From: Lama glama
Lineage: Eukaryota
Assembly (NCBI GenBank): GCA_028534125.1
Contig: CM052825.1
Span: 27,652,344-27,716,000, forward strand
DNA length: 63,657 nt
Direction: 5' to 3'
In this document: one piece after another, positions 25,291-39,226 of the stretch
Layout: the number at the start of each line of letters is the position of its first letter
How positions within the stretch are numbered: the first letter of the stretch is position 1
Made by a program: the position numbers and the translations under genes
Notes under the pieces: model-generated
What the model saw: the letters and a program-made list of their open reading frames with translations, nothing else
Told to the model about the DNA's origin: nothing
The model's database searches: none

Positions 25291-26992
25291 TTTGCATTGG
25301 ATAAATAGGACAGGCGATGTGCAGATGCAGCAAAAATTCTAAGCGTGCTCTGAATATCCCTGTATTTGGTAATTACAAGCCCAGGGAAGAGGTAGCCTGA
25401 TTGTAGCAGGATTGTTAGCATTGTCTTCAGAAAGAACACGAACATGCAAAAAGTACAAGTCTACCCAGATGTAACGCCAAGATGCATGGAAAGGAACACA
25501 GTGTTCCTCATCTGACTCTTTGCTCTGAGAGAACCAGCAGCTACAACTTTTCAAAGTCAGCTTTGATGTACATTGTATTTTTAAGGTGCTCATGAATGGC
25601 ACCAGTGCTTACGTTGGGATCAGCTGTCTTGGGTCTGAAAAAAAAAAAGGTTATGCTTTCATCTTTGGACCCTAAAACATGTAGACGAAAATCAACATTA
25701 ATTGGCAGGGTGAATGAGGGTGGGGAGGGCGGGTGCTGGGCTGCAATGTTCTTAGAAAGAGTGCTGAGAGAGATGCTTACAGCCCCTTAACCAGGGATGA
25801 CAACTTGATTTTAATTAACAGCAGGTGACTCTTGTGGTCAGCTGTCTGACATTTGGGTGGTTCGCACAAAAGCCTTCTCATCTGAACCACATTTATTTCC
25901 AGCTTAATTAGTCCTTCTGAGATAGCCTTGCTATTAGCAACAGCCTCTCCATTTAAGATCCTTTTAACTAGACCTTTCATTTATTTTATTTTATTTTTCA
26001 TTCTTCTCATTTTAGTTCTGGCTTAATGTTATAAAGGGCCTGGGCTAACTCATTTTAATGACCTTTGCTCCATAAATGCTAATTTTACATTTGGCCTTAT
26101 TTTGGGAGGTTTTTTTTTTTTTTAAGACCATTGCTTTCAGAAGGACAAAAATGGAAAGATTAAACCCCTTACTGTCATCTGCCTGAAAAATCCCGTGGTT
26201 TCTTGTGACAGGAAGAGGGTTTTCAAATCCCTCCTTGGTCTAAGCTTCTGTGCTTGACGCCTCATTATTTAACTCAGCTGTTCCAGCCTCACCTTCACCC
26301 AGTTAATTAAGTAACTCATTGAATGTATTATTCAGTTTTGATTCCCCTGCCCATGACAGAGAGAGATGGCGGATGCTTCTTCATCCTTGCCCTCCTGCCA
26401 CTTTTTCTTTCCTCTTCTTTCTCTTCTGCACAAACCTAAGAAGGGAAAAAGAGGAGCAGGAGAGGAAATTGTGTTGCAAGAAGGAAAAAGAGGGTATTAT
26501 TTTCTTAATCCACCCATCAGTTCCTGGAGTGGATTGTTTAGGTTTTTTTTAAAGGTAGCTGTACTCAGAAGATGAAGTTGATGGTGGTAATGATATGATC
26601 TGTCTTGATGATAATCATAGCGTTACTATATGCAGGGCAACGTGCTAGATGTCTTTCTCACATCATCCTATTTGAAACTCATAACAGTTCTATGAGGAGG
26701 GAAGCACTAGAAACAGCCCCACTTCACAGATAGGAAAGCTGAGGCTTATTGTTTAAATCACATAGCTAGTAGGCGTCAGAAACTTAATTGGAGCCCAGAG
26801 CTAGCCAGCTGACTCGTGATACCAAGGGCATCTCTGTCAGATTATCTGTGTATTTGTAGTCGAGTGCAAATTCTTAAAATTGGTGGGGTGGGATTTATGA
26901 TGAAAATATTATGAGAAGGATGTCCAAATCATAGGTTACCTGCATTTCTTGATCTATTAATGACAGTTAGAGAAAGTTGGCTGTCTTCGAGG

Positions 26993-27042
26993 GCAGTGGT
27001 CCTCAACCAGGGGCAGTGTAATCCCCCAGAGACATTTGGCCA
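26993..27042. mobile_element. MER20-like fragment
   Basis: 'cagtggtcctcaaccaggggcag...ccccagagacatttggc'. Confidence 0.55.
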
Positions 27043-28214
27043 AACAGCTATGATATATGACCCTTTATGTGTGTACATTCAATCCAGTAAGAGAATGTTT
27101 GCATGTCCCTTGTTGAATACACATGGGTTTGGTGGGGAGGAGGGGGCTGCACTTGGACTTCACTAGTTGTTTGTTGACCTGGCTGGAAATAAGTAAGAGA
27201 AAATATTTAATATGGATAAAAGTAGAAGAGGGGGGATTGGGGAAGGGGGTTTCTGTGCACAAGGAGAGAGAAAGAAGTAGTAACACGAAAAGGCAGATAG
27301 AAATTTTGAGGGCAAAGCCACAGTAATTGAAATAGATTTTGGAAATTGTGGATCTGAGAAAGAATTAGAGGTTAAGGGGGGAGGCAAATGGGAAGATAAG
27401 GAAAAGTAAAGAGACAAATAGAATAAAACCAAAGTAGGTGTGTGCATGAAAAAGAGAGAGACAGAGGTGGGGAGAGAAGAAAACACAAGTTGAATGACTA
27501 TTTAAGAGAAAGGAAGGTAGAACCTTCTAAGAAGGTGAAGTAGAAATAATTTTTGTTTCTTTTTAAGCCTGTCTGTCATGAAATATAGTTTTGTTTTGTT
27601 TTAATGTGGGAAATATCCCAGTGAAAGGGCACGCTGTGTACCGGGGTGGGTGAAACACAAGCTCCAACTCCGACACCACATTCTTTAAGTTTCTCCAGGT
27701 GTTGCTGAATAGATACTAGGTGTCCAGTGCTGTGAGCCTCAGTGAGGCTCGAGCATGGAAAAAACAAAAGTGAAAGACTGTTCCTTCATGGATCTAAGAG
27801 TCTAGTGGGCGTGAAGGCAGAAAAATAAAGAAGACAATCAACCTTTTCAGTGCCAGTTGTGGTAAGTGCACTAAGTAAAACAAAACAGAGAGAGTCAAAC
27901 AAAACATCCCTGGGTGTCAGGGGCAGAGCTCACCGATGAGCTGGTGTTTGAACGGACACCAGGTGGGATGAAGGAGCCAGCCACGTGGCTGTCCCGAGCA
28001 GGAGCTTTGCAGGGTAGGGTGCACCAAGTTCAGGCCAACACCCCAAGGTGGGCGTGGGACACAGCATCTGAGAAGCTGTCGGCAGGGCGGCACCTCTAGA
28101 GGGAAGTGAGCAGCCTTCGGAGGGGTAGCTGTTAGGGAATCAGTCCAGGAGGGCTGTGTGCGGAGTTGAGTTTCATCCTCAATGGTACCAGTGACCCTTT
28201 TATTTCTATTTTAA

Positions 28215-29065
28215 ATTCTGCCATTTGCAACAACAGGGATGGATCTTGAGGGCATTACACTAAGTGAGATAAGTCAGACAACATAAAGGACACTTTGAAC
28301 TCGTCTACAAAACAGAAACAGACTCGCAGACACAGTAAAACAGTCTTATGGTTACTGGGGAAAGGGGGTGGGAAGGGATACGTTTGGGACTGTGAGATTT
28401 ACAAATGTTAGCCACTATATATAAAAATGGATGTAAAAAATTTTTTTCTGCTAGATAGCACAAGGAACTATGTTCAATATCTTGTAATAATCTTTAATGA
28501 AAAAGAGTATGAAAATGAATGTATGTATGTATATGCATGACTGGGAGATTGTGCCGTACACCAGAAGTTGACACGTTGTAACTGACGGTACTTCAGTTAA
28601 AAAAAAAAAGAAAGACAAATACTGTATAACTCTGCTTATAGGCAGCATCTTAAGGACCGAACTCATTGAAACAGAGAAGAGAGATGTAGTTGCCAGAGGC
28701 AAGGGGTTGGTGGAGGGGGAATCGGGCAAAGGTGGTCAAAGGGCACCAGCTTCCAGTTATGGGTAAGCACTAGGGATATCATGTACAGCAGGATGAATAC
28801 AGTGAGCAATTCTGTATTACATATTTGAACATTGCTAAGGGAGTAGATCTTTAAAGTTTTCTTTATGAGGAAAAAAAGTTTGTAACTTTGTGAGGTGATA
28901 CATGTTAACTAAACCTATGGTGGCAATCCGTTCACTACGTATATATGTACGAAATCGTATGCGTATATATACACATGTGTATATATATACGTAATCGTTA
29001 TATTGTACACTCTTAAACATACAGTGTTATACATGTTTATTATATCTCAATAACACTGGGGGAAA
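28215..29065 (+). mobile_element. Older L1 3' end (L1MA-like) split by a younger L1 3' end
   Basis: 'ttctgccatttgcaacaacagggatgga...ataagtcagaca' resumes at ~28610 as 'gaaagacaaatactgta...ttatatctcaataacactgggggaaaa'. Confidence 0.8.
28281..28609 (+). mobile_element. Camelid-type L1 3' end nested in the older L1
   Basis: 'aaaacagaaacagactcgcagac...gggtgggaagggata...gcacaaggaactatgttcaatatcttgtaataa...ttcagtt' followed by poly(A). Confidence 0.8.
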
Positions 29066-30297
29066 AGGCCTGAAATCTGGAGAAATAAAAGGACTTCACA
29101 GACAGTATGATGATCACATGTCTGTTCTGATGAATTACCTTGCTGAGATGATACTCCTGTGCTTAAGAGAACGGTGTTACACCGTTCCCTTGCCGACCTA
29201 TCTGTGTCTGCTATCCATGTGCGGAAAGTCTGTCTCAGGGGTGGGGGGAGCCAGAAACACGCATCTCTTGACGATACTGGTGGATTTCAGCGGAACGAAA
29301 ATGAGCTTTTCAAAGTGAGAAGGTCCCCTGGCCTGGGTGCTTTGCTTGAGGGGTTCCTCTGATGGCGCTGTGCCTGTGTGACACCCGGGAGAGCGCCTCT
29401 CGAGCAAAGTGCCCACGGGGCGCACCCAGCCTGGAATTCACTGACAAAGCGTAAGCAGCCCACGGGGCCTGTGACCCCAGCGAGTTGCTTAGCCTGACTT
29501 TATCGGTGGTGCCTCTTCCTTTCCATTATATTCGCTATTACCAGAGCTGACCATATCTCTTAAAACCTGTTAACCTTATGCAAGGGGAAGGGACTGTTTG
29601 AGCGCTCAGACAGGAAGCTGATGGGAAATTGTAAGCCTCCTAAATAGGTTGAGAGCTTCGTGGTGTTTGGGGTCTGGGCAGAGGTTAGAGAGAGAGAGAA
29701 ATTTGAACATAAATTTTCCTGGGGGTGGCTGGTTTCTCTTCCAGGATGCACCTCTTTTTTTTTTTTTCCAGCCCTTGGGAGAAACTTGCAAGGGCTGTAC
29801 CCATCTTACAGATGAACCTTGGGAGCACCCCAATGTTGATGTGGGGGTGTTAGGGCAGGTTAAATGTTCCAAGCTGCTGCCTGTGGCTATGGACCACGAA
29901 ATATTCTTCTTCCAAAGGTAGGCGGGAAGTGCTCTTGTGTGTGTAAATTCACAGACGCTTTAGTCTGGAAGACTATGAAACCAATGACTTGGTTTCAAGC
30001 CAGTGACTGTAATTGGCCATGTGTATTAGCGGCTTTAAAATCCAGGCTCTGTATCAAACCCTTTATGTTCATTCCTCATAAATGCCAACTGCATATATCT
30101 ATACAAATAATATTCATTCTGTTTTGCCGGCTACGCTGAGTAATTGATGGAGGCTCAAAATGGTTAGGAAAGCTAATAAATGGCAGAACTGCCTTCTGTT
30201 GTGTGTTCATTTATTCCTCCACTGAAAACAATTTTTTTCCTGTGGACAATGTTACTGTTTTAAGAAAATGATGATGAGTACAAGAGGAAAGCAGATT

Positions 30298-30465
30298 GGC
30301 TGAGCAGTTAAGAGCACCAGCTCTTGGGCAGAACAAGTCAGGTTCAAATGCTGGAGCCAACATTTGTCAGCTGTGTGACCTCGGGCAAGAAACCTAACCT
30401 CTCTGAGTTTATTTCTTCTAAAATGGGGATAATCATTGTGTTTGCTTCATGGGATTACGTTAAGT
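30298..30465 (+). mobile_element. MIR SINE
   Basis: 'gttaagagcacc...ggttcaaatgc...agctgtgtgacctcgggcaag...aacctctctgag...aaaatggggataat'. Confidence 0.8.
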
Positions 30466-30469
30466 TTTA

Positions 30470-30473
<4 letters not shown>

Positions 30474-30510
<37 letters not shown>

Positions 30511-30550
30511 TACGTACATACATATGTATATGTACACATTTATGTATAGT
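30474..30550. repeat. (CA)n microsatellite with a TA-rich tail
   Basis: Direct reading. Confidence 0.95.
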
Positions 30551-33208
30551 ATATTATTTATATAAACTTTTATGCCTAAGAAAACGCTTAGTCCTGGTTG
30601 TCGCCTTCAAGAAGCTGAGAACCTCATGCTTCTCAGGCACATATAAAATGCACTGGGAATACACACCCAAATGGAACCAACTCTACAATAGGGCAGCCAG
30701 ACAAAGGGCATGGTGCCCGGAAGAGGGAGAGCCAGCAGTCCGTTCTATGTGAGCGGCGGAGTGAGATGAGCTTTGGTAAGCATGTAATTGGGTAGGCAGC
30801 GCGAGGGTGGTTCAGGTCGAGGGAACACAGTGAGCCCAGCTTTTGGAACAGAAAAGAAAAATATTTGTGGACGGATCAATCCCAGTGGAGCCTAGGGTCT
30901 GGGGAGGGACGTCACAGGACGTGAATCTAGGAAGGCAGGTGGCTCAGAGCGTGAGTTGCTCCCCTTGCAATTTAAGTAAATCTGAGTAGTCTCATCTTTT
31001 CGTCAGCTCAGAATTGTTTGTGGGTAATTACGGCACCGAAAGGAGATTTGCTGATTTTCCTTTCATTTATTTAGATAACGTGCCCAACATAAAGTTTCAC
31101 CACGCTCGGCGAATCAAGCCCATACATTTAGGTCAATATTTGATGCGTCTGAACAACAACAACAATAAAAACAAATCCCAACTATTTAAAAGTTATTAAT
31201 CCTATAACTAATATACCGGAAATCAGATAGATTTGTGTTATATTTGATCATCTGAAACTCACACATCTGGAAGTCATAAAATAAACATGCAAACAAAAAA
31301 CCAGAATGCACATACATTTAACTTTAAAAGGCTGAAAGCACTCCCCGGATAACGGGTTGTGATTCTAGAACCAAATTAAATGAAGTGACAGCAGGAGGTA
31401 CTATGAAGGCAGCTGACCATGCAGGCAGACGCTAGCAGAACACTGAAATAGCCCACACGTCTTCACAGCCAGCTGGGGCTGTTTAGCAGGAGAGCGCGGC
31501 GGCCTGAGGTCATCAGCATCTTGGAGGTGGCGCTGTCCCGAGTTCCAAGGCCAGGATCAACCAGCCACATTTTAGTAAGTGGAGGTAGTGAAATAAATGC
31601 ATTTTATGGGGATTTCACCCAGCATGGTCAACATGACAGCGTTTCCGTGTTTAAAGAGATCAGCCGTCACGATTTGAAATAGTCGGCACTTACTTTCTCA
31701 CCTCATTCCCAGGACAGGACTGGATAATTGATATTTAAATTTCTATTCCTCTCTCCCAACACAATGTCTATATGTCCTAGAAGTTGTATAGGCCTGCCAA
31801 CACACAATAGAAAGTAACAAAACTTTGGAGGGGGTATTCTTAATTCTCTTCTTGTGTGTAAAAACCAACTGACAGGCTCTGCCAGTGAACATGGCATTTG
31901 GGAAAGAGGGTGAACCAGCAGAGAGAAATGTAATTATCCTAAACTGTCTCTTTTAAGGTGCTGTTCCCCTGCACTCCTGTAAGAGCTGATATGAGTGTTT
32001 TGCAGAATGGGTTACTGATAAATCACATGGCATGAGAAAGAACACCTACACTCATTTTTTTCTCTCTTTCAGTTTTCTGAGAAAGCTTAAATGGTTATTT
32101 CCCTGGTGATTTTTAAAACTCACTCTTGGGAATCAAAGTGCAGGATCCACATATTTGGATTTGCACATTTATTATAATGAAAAAATTATTTATGGCATAT
32201 TAACTCTTAGTCCCATATTGTTGAACTTAGGGCCACTCTACTGGAAGCTAACCCAAGAAAATGGTTAACTGTATGTTCTTTGATGAGTGAAATTATATAA
32301 CACGCAGATTGAATAACTTTCTTATTACACTGGCTATGTAATGTTTATCCCTCTAATAGCAAATATTCTGTACTTAGTGTGGCCTTGTTCATAACATCGA
32401 TTCCCAAGTCTAGATAGTTGACAGAAAAAAAAAAAGAGACATTTGTATCTATTCCAGCTCCGTGCTGGCTTAGTTTGAGCAGAGGTGGAACGTTTTACAG
32501 ATTACTTAAGGCTATAGATAATAAAAAAGTTGCCTTCCTGGAACCAATTGCTGGTTACTTAATCTTCTGGAAAGGGCTACTATCCATTTTCTACCAGAAA
32601 GCAAACCGCCAAACCAAGGTCACAGGGACAGAAAAGATCGCTTGCCCAAGAAACTGTGGTTGACAAGATGGCTGCAGTCCAAGTGACTGCGACAAATACC
32701 AGGTTTCCAGGAGAGCCATGGCACCCGCTAGCCATCAGCAAAGCTCTGTCAGTGTCTCAGAGCTGAGCCATTTCTCGGAAAGTGGAAGTTCTTCTCTGTG
32801 TACCCAATGGGTGGCATCACAATGGTCATTTTTTTCCCCTCAAACGGTCATGCACTGGCTCCGGTGATCTTCATCTGTGCTGTGCCTTCTCTAATTGGCA
32901 TACATCTTGCTTTGACCATTGGATGTCTTTCTGGAATATCTGATTCCTAGGAGGAAATTAAATATTCAACGAAGTGGTTTTGTTTAGTCCTTGTAGTGTT
33001 GGGATCCTTACAGGGGGGGTTTAGTGGCTACTGAAATAGACCATCTATCAGCATTAATTACCAGGAGTCCTGCCCTTTTAGAAAGTGCGTCTTCTGTTTC
33101 CACTAGGGGTCCACATAATGGACTGAAATAGCAATGACCTGGAGAATTCAGGCAGTGCTTCAAACCGTATTACACCAAGAGGGAAGAAAACAAATGGCAA
33201 TAAAATGG

Positions 33209-33702
33209 TGGTAGGAGAGGAAAACTTGCCCCTTCCTCCCTTCTAGGATCTTTGGCTTGCCTAATAATTAAATCGACATAAGACAGATCAACAGGAGAAA
33301 AGCAAGTTTAACTCATACGTACAGGAGCTCATTAAAAATATGACATAAAAAGAAATGACCAAAGCAGGCAGCTTTTATACCTTCTAAACAAATAAACAGT
33401 GAATTTGTGAAGAACTGACAAAGGAGTTTGGGCTTGAGGTAGTCAGTTAGTGAGGAAAGAACAAGGTTTGTTTATGTAGCCTTCTCAGCCCCAGAGTCCC
33501 CATCTCTGGTGGCGAAGATACCACATTCCTCCTGGCACAGGAAGGGCACTTTTCACAAGGGAGATTTATTTCCTGGGTTCAGGGGCACAAGGGAAAGTTG
33601 TAGTGTCCTTCTTGCACTGGCTGTTTCTTAAGTAACTTTAATTCAAAACAATCAGTGTACCAGAGTGGCGTATTTGGGGGTGATATATCCTGCTCTCCTT
33701 CA
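33209..33702 (-). mobile_element. 3' LTR of the provirus
   Basis: Minus strand begins TGAAGGAGAGCAGGATATATCACCCCCAAATACGCC (MER34-like start). TATAAAA lies at 33373-79 on the minus strand. Confidence 0.85.
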
Positions 33703-36670
33703 GTCCTACTGTTGAAACTTCCAAGAAGTTTTGCAGTTCAGCAGCGGACTTGCTCCATCTCACTGAACCCGTCTGTGATCCTTGACAATAGGTCAGCTTC
33801 CTTAAGCTCATTTCAGGAGGCAGTGAGACAGGAGGTGGGCTCTCAAGGTTACACCTCTGCTGCTCTAGCTACCAGATATTTAGTAAGAGGCATTTCTATG
33901 GGAAGAAAAGGAAGACAGTGGTTAATGATTGGAGTTTGTAGATTCTGAGGGCGGCCAGTTGAGAGGATATCGAGATGTCAGGCTCCAGGCAATTTCATTT
34001 GAAGTGAGGGCAGCCAGTGGCAATCTTGACACATTTTCCTGGTTTGCAATTTGAAGGTCTCCGGTGGTCTTTCTGAGTGGCCCACACAGCGACAGGCACA
34101 AAGGTCGTCTCTACATGGGCTGTCGTGGTGACTTCTCTGAAGTTTCTATCAAGTTGTCCAGCTTTAGCTTGCAGGACCTGGGTAAAAGGGTAGCTTCAGT
34201 TCTCAATGATTTCAAGTCAGAAAGGTGGGAGAAAATTGGAAACAGTAGTTTGGAGGGTTGTAGCCAGATATTGAAGGAAAAGGGTTCAGGATCCAGTTAG
34301 TTTACAGGTAGGAAACAAAACCTCAAAGGTAATTAACAGCTCTAGAATCTGACATCCATAAAGGTATATCCCTGAGGCAAAATCCCCCACCACAATTACC
34401 TCGTTTCTGTCAAAGATAACCTTAGTAAGACTCGTTTGTCTGGTTTCAATACGCTTCGCTTGGTTATTTATAGAAGTGCAGCGAGAATAGCAGTTGACTA
34501 TATAGATTTTTTTTTTAAATTTTAATCTCCTTTGCTGTAACTTTTCATAAGAAATCTCAGATTGGACTCGTACAAATCTCTTGAGGCTAGGAAGCCAAGT
34601 CAAGAACTTGCCCACAGATTTGCCATCAGACTTTACCTGCAATACGTATAAATGTGAATTAATTTCTCTTTTCTAGAGGTTCCCCCAGATTTCCTGAGGT
34701 TCTTGAGCCTGCCCGGAAGTGATCTTTCTTACTCACCTGATAAGGCTTTGTGGACTCTTGTAAGCAACATGCTAGGCTGTTTTTCAAAAGGTGGGGCATT
34801 ATTGGCTCCATAAAAATCAACCTTAGTTCCTTAAAGCTGTCTGGTCTGTGTGTATCCTTCCCTAATATGAGATCCCAGTCCGAAGCCGTGGTAATATAAC
34901 CAGTGCTTCCAATTGAGTTCTGTCATGAGGAGAAGAGATTCTTACTGAGCTCACACACGTAACTCTGTTGCCATGAAAATCACAATACTCGCTAAGAGTT
35001 TCTGAATTCTAGAGGGATTAAGTAAGGAGGACAAGATAAATGTTTCATCTTGATTCCCAAAGATACATTTTTACTAAATTGTCAATAGCTTAAGAGAAAG
35101 TAGAAAAAAGAAGTTTCCTTAAATTTGGAAAAGCAAGACAAAAAAGAACCAACACTGTTGCAGGCAAAAAAAGTCATAAAAATTAGAAACATCCTCATCA
35201 GTTACTTTAGTCCCGTGTGATTAATTCTTGTCGACCTTCTTGATCTTTTGTTAGCAGTTATGTGAAGCCATCAGTCTTTGTTTTGTGTGTGTTTTCATCA
35301 GCATTCGGCAGCTTCTTACTCAGCTCAGCGGTGTGCCTTGAAAGTTATCCGAAACCTGCACGTGATAGAATCCTTTCCTTGAATCTTCTCGAAGATGAAG
35401 CACCTCTGTAACAGCATCAGAGTAAAACAATAACCATCTGTAAATGACAAAAGGCTTAAAAATGGGACGGTTAAAGATCTGATTAGAGTTTATTACAGGG
35501 AAATTTAGTTATTTCTGTGACACACAACATTTCGATATAATAACTAGAATTTCAGGGGATAACATTATACCAGGGCCATCTGATTTCTAGGGATTTCATA
35601 TAATTTCTGTCCTTATATACCCATACAAATAAAAACATAAAACCCTTAGCCTTACTTTTCACTTGACAGTGCTTCCTGTGTAATTTAACATTTCAGATAG
35701 GCCTAATTAGTCTAACATCTTCCTTTTTTTCAGGAGAGAGAAATCTTTTAAGTTGTTCCAGGAAAAAAACCCAAAGTTACTTCCAGATCAAGAGATTAGA
35801 ATTTGATTTGGGGAATTTTGTCAAAAATATCAACAAGTTTTAAAACTACTTGATTAGGTAGGATCATGGGTAATTATAAAAACAAGCTTAATTATCCATT
35901 TAACCAAAGTGACAAAAAAAATTTTCAAAGGTAAATAGGACAAGTTACATAGTTCTGAGGAAAACTCAGTTCTTAGTATTGAAAAGACGAGGTTTACTTA
36001 AGTAACCAAAGGCCTGATCATAAAGGTGAAGCACAGGAAATTATTTTGGTAAGACACAAAATCTTTGCTTTCTTGGCAGATTACTTCAAAGGTAAAACCA
36101 AACCAAACCAAACCCCAAATATTTCCAAGATCAGAGTTAAGCTTTTGTTGCAAATCAAGAATTGTTCCGTTTAACTCTTTTGCGTTCCTGGAAGCTGTCG
36201 TCAAAGAATCGGGTAGCTGCTTCCATTATAATGCTTAGAGTTTGCCTAGCCCACTCAACCACACTGTTTTCAATTTTGCCTTTTTATGTTGAGGAGAAAG
36301 TTTCCTGCTAAGGCAGAAATTAAAAGATCTCCACGCTCCGGAGCTCCAGGGTTTAGTGCGGTATGCCTTTGAACGGTCTGGATAACAAAGGCTCTCAGAT
36401 GCTCTTCTCTCTGAGTGCACAATTTAACCTTAGACCAATTCACCTTCGAGGGGAGATCCTCTGCTGATGTTCCTATCAGCCCCTGAGTATCAGCTTCCAT
36501 CTGAGTCATTTCCTGGTCCTCCAGGAGGACCTGGGAGGATTTCTGGCCATCCGTTTCGTCTGCGAGGGGGGCTATAAAAAGCTACTCACCTTTCTAGTTT
36601 CTCCTTAAATTCGGTAGGATCCTGCTGTCCAGGGAACATGAATTCTTTGGGTGGGGGTCTAGGATACATC

Positions 36671-37173
36671 TCTTGCCAGAGAATTGGTGCTTGTCTCCTG
36701 AAGGTAAGAATTCAAGAGCGAGCCAAGCTAACATGAAAGTAGATTTATTCAGGGAGATAACTCACTCCATAGACAGATTGCAGGCTGCCCCGGAAGGTCA
36801 GAGAGGTGGCCGTAGGAGATACAAAGGCAGGATGCCATCCATCGCCCTCAAAGGGACAAATGGCCATGAGGTGTGGGGGTGGTTAGTATTTATGGGCCGA
36901 GTAATTTCGCTAATGAGTGGGAGGATTATTCCAACTATGCTGGGGAAGGGGCGAGAATTTTCAGGAATTGGGCCTCTACCCACTTCTTGGCCTTTTACAG
37001 TCAGCCTGGGAACCATCGTGGCATCTGCAGGTGTGCCGTGAGGCTCAAGGTCTACTGGAAGTCCAGTCTTCCACCATCTTGGGCTGAGTTGGTTCTAACC
37101 AGTTTACGTCATATCCTCAATTGCAGTGTCATTCTTTTAATGGTTGTGCCCTGTTCCCTTCCCTCCTGTCTCA
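36671..37173 (-). mobile_element. Solo ERV1 LTR nested in the provirus, TSD CATC
   Basis: CATC at 36667-70 and 37174-77. Ends '...ccctcctgtctca'. 'tttatt' gives AATAAA on the minus strand. Confidence 0.8.
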
Positions 37174-37510
37174 CATCCACACAAGAACATCGCAGAGGGA
37201 AGGCCTGCAGCTGGTAGAGCCTGATTGTAGAGCCCAGTAACATGAGCCTCCCTGTCCACCTTGGATGCTTCTGCTAAATTCACTTCCTGGCTTTCAGCAT
37301 TTACATGAATAACCTATAGAACCTGGGGCTAGAGATCGGGCAGGAGCGCTCTTTGTAATAAATCTTTGTAAATTTTCCCTGGAAAGGGAAGTTAAATCCG
37401 GCAGGTGGGTGTTTAAGAGATTTGGGTTGGAGGGGAGGGGAAGGAGTTTTGAGAGTTTAAGGAATTTTCTGAGGAGGTGGGGCTGGACTTCAAGAAGGGA
37501 AATTTATGTT

Positions 37511-37976
37511 TGTTGATTGAAAAAAAAAAGCATAACGTGAGAGTTGTGGCTTAAGTTTTATTTGGGGCAAAATGAGGACTGTAGCCCAGGATACAGCCTC
37601 TCAGCTCTGAGGAACTGCTCCAAAGGGGTGGGGGGAAGGGCAGTATTATGTATGATTTTAGTGACGTGGGGGACATGCAGTCAAGCACACATTTAGGCAG
37701 AGGTTTTGCTGCTAGTCAGGAGGAGCAGATGTCACTGTTAATGGTTTTAGTGCTTTTCTAGATAGGAGAAGAGGTAAGAACTTGGACTCATAAAATCTTC
37801 TGAAAATATCTAACCATCTGAAGGCCTGTCACACCAGTTTTTCCCTAGAGCACAGAGCGCCTCATTCCTGGTCTCCACCCTGAACTCCTCGCAGGGTCTG
37901 TTAAAGGTCAGCGGCCACAATGGCTTGTGATTTGATCCTTTAGAGGTGGACAGCAAGTGCCAGTCTTTAGTTGGCA
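37511..37976 (-). mobile_element. Solo MER41-like ERV1 LTR nested in the provirus, TSD TGTT
   Basis: TG...CA termini and TGTT at 37507-10 and 37977-80. 'gttttatttggggcaaaatgaggact...ctctgaggaactgctccaaag' matches the ungulate MER41-like pattern. Confidence 0.8.
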
Positions 37977-39226
37977 TGTTGAATGTGCACTTAAGTTTTT
38001 GTTCTGCATTTCATGTCTGTTTCTTCATATTTATTAGGGAGTCCCCAAGGCTAGCGTTAGACTCCTTTGTGTCCACCTTTTAATTTGATCTTTCCAATAA
38101 GACAATTGTGCAGGATGAGAGCTCACTAAAGACATTTTTTTTTTTAAACATAGCCAGTTCGAAGGATGCATCAGCTGGCCATTGATGGGTAGTATCCTCT
38201 ATTCATCTCATTAGTGACTCAGACCAGTAAGCCTTTTTATGGCTAAACCAAGGGCCTGAGCGGTATCCCAAGGGAGGGTGCAGTGGATGTAGCACTTACA
38301 GCGTCCAGAAAGTTCATTCCCAGAGTTAGCCTAAGAAAGCAAAGAACTTCCTTGTCACGGGGGTAAGAACTGTGTAGCGAAATGGTGTTTCTGGTCTCTC
38401 ATGAGAACACGGTATGTCTCCAGTTACAGACCCACTAATCTACGACACTGGGCAGGTGCTGTTGGACTGGGATGATTCCAGCACTAACAAAGCAACAGGG
38501 GCTGAGATGACAGAGGCCCCTCAGGACTGGGACCCCTTAGGACAGACCCCCCCCGGGAGCTGGCCCAGCTGGACGAGGAGAATGCTGCTTGTGACTCTGT
38601 GACTCAGCATCCCTGTTTATCTGACTGGCCACCGGATGCTGGTCCTGGCACCTTCTGGGTGGCAGAGACCAGACAGAATAGTCCCACTGGCCACAAAGCC
38701 AAGCCCTGGGGACCCAGAACAGGATGAAAGGAACCCCTGATCTAGTTTTGCTGAGAGGACCCAAGGCAAGTTTTGTCTAAAGAGATGCTGGTCTAGTAGG
38801 AGCTGGAAATTCTACACCGGTCTGTGAAGCCAGCTCAAACCACAGACTTATAGGACCTATGCCTGAGTTCTCCCTTCTGGTTTTTCTCCTTATGACAACT
38901 GATACACAAGACAGAGACAAAGGAAAACATTGACCATCTCTGGGAAGACAGGAATCCACAGAAAGTAAGGGTCTTCCTAACAAATCTTTACCGAAGTCAC
39001 TAGAACTCAGGAATCAATTCACGCCAATATTTTCTCCTGCTAATTTAAAGTTAGAGAAAGAAAAGGGCTCTTACCATCCTTGCTCCCATTGGATGCTGCA
39101 GGCAGGGGTTCAGGAGGACGGCTTGGTCAGAAGTCTTGTCATCTGCCGACACTTATCAGAGGGCCCGGCACCCGCAGCCAAAGCCTCGGGTCCAGCCAGC
39201 GAGGAGCCCTGCGCTGGCGCCGACGC

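Noticed and set aside
34064-34642. ORFs in the ERV internal region as env/pol remnants or a HEMO-like gene
   Set aside because: Short, with no signal peptide, furin site, CX6CC, TM or RT/IN motifs.
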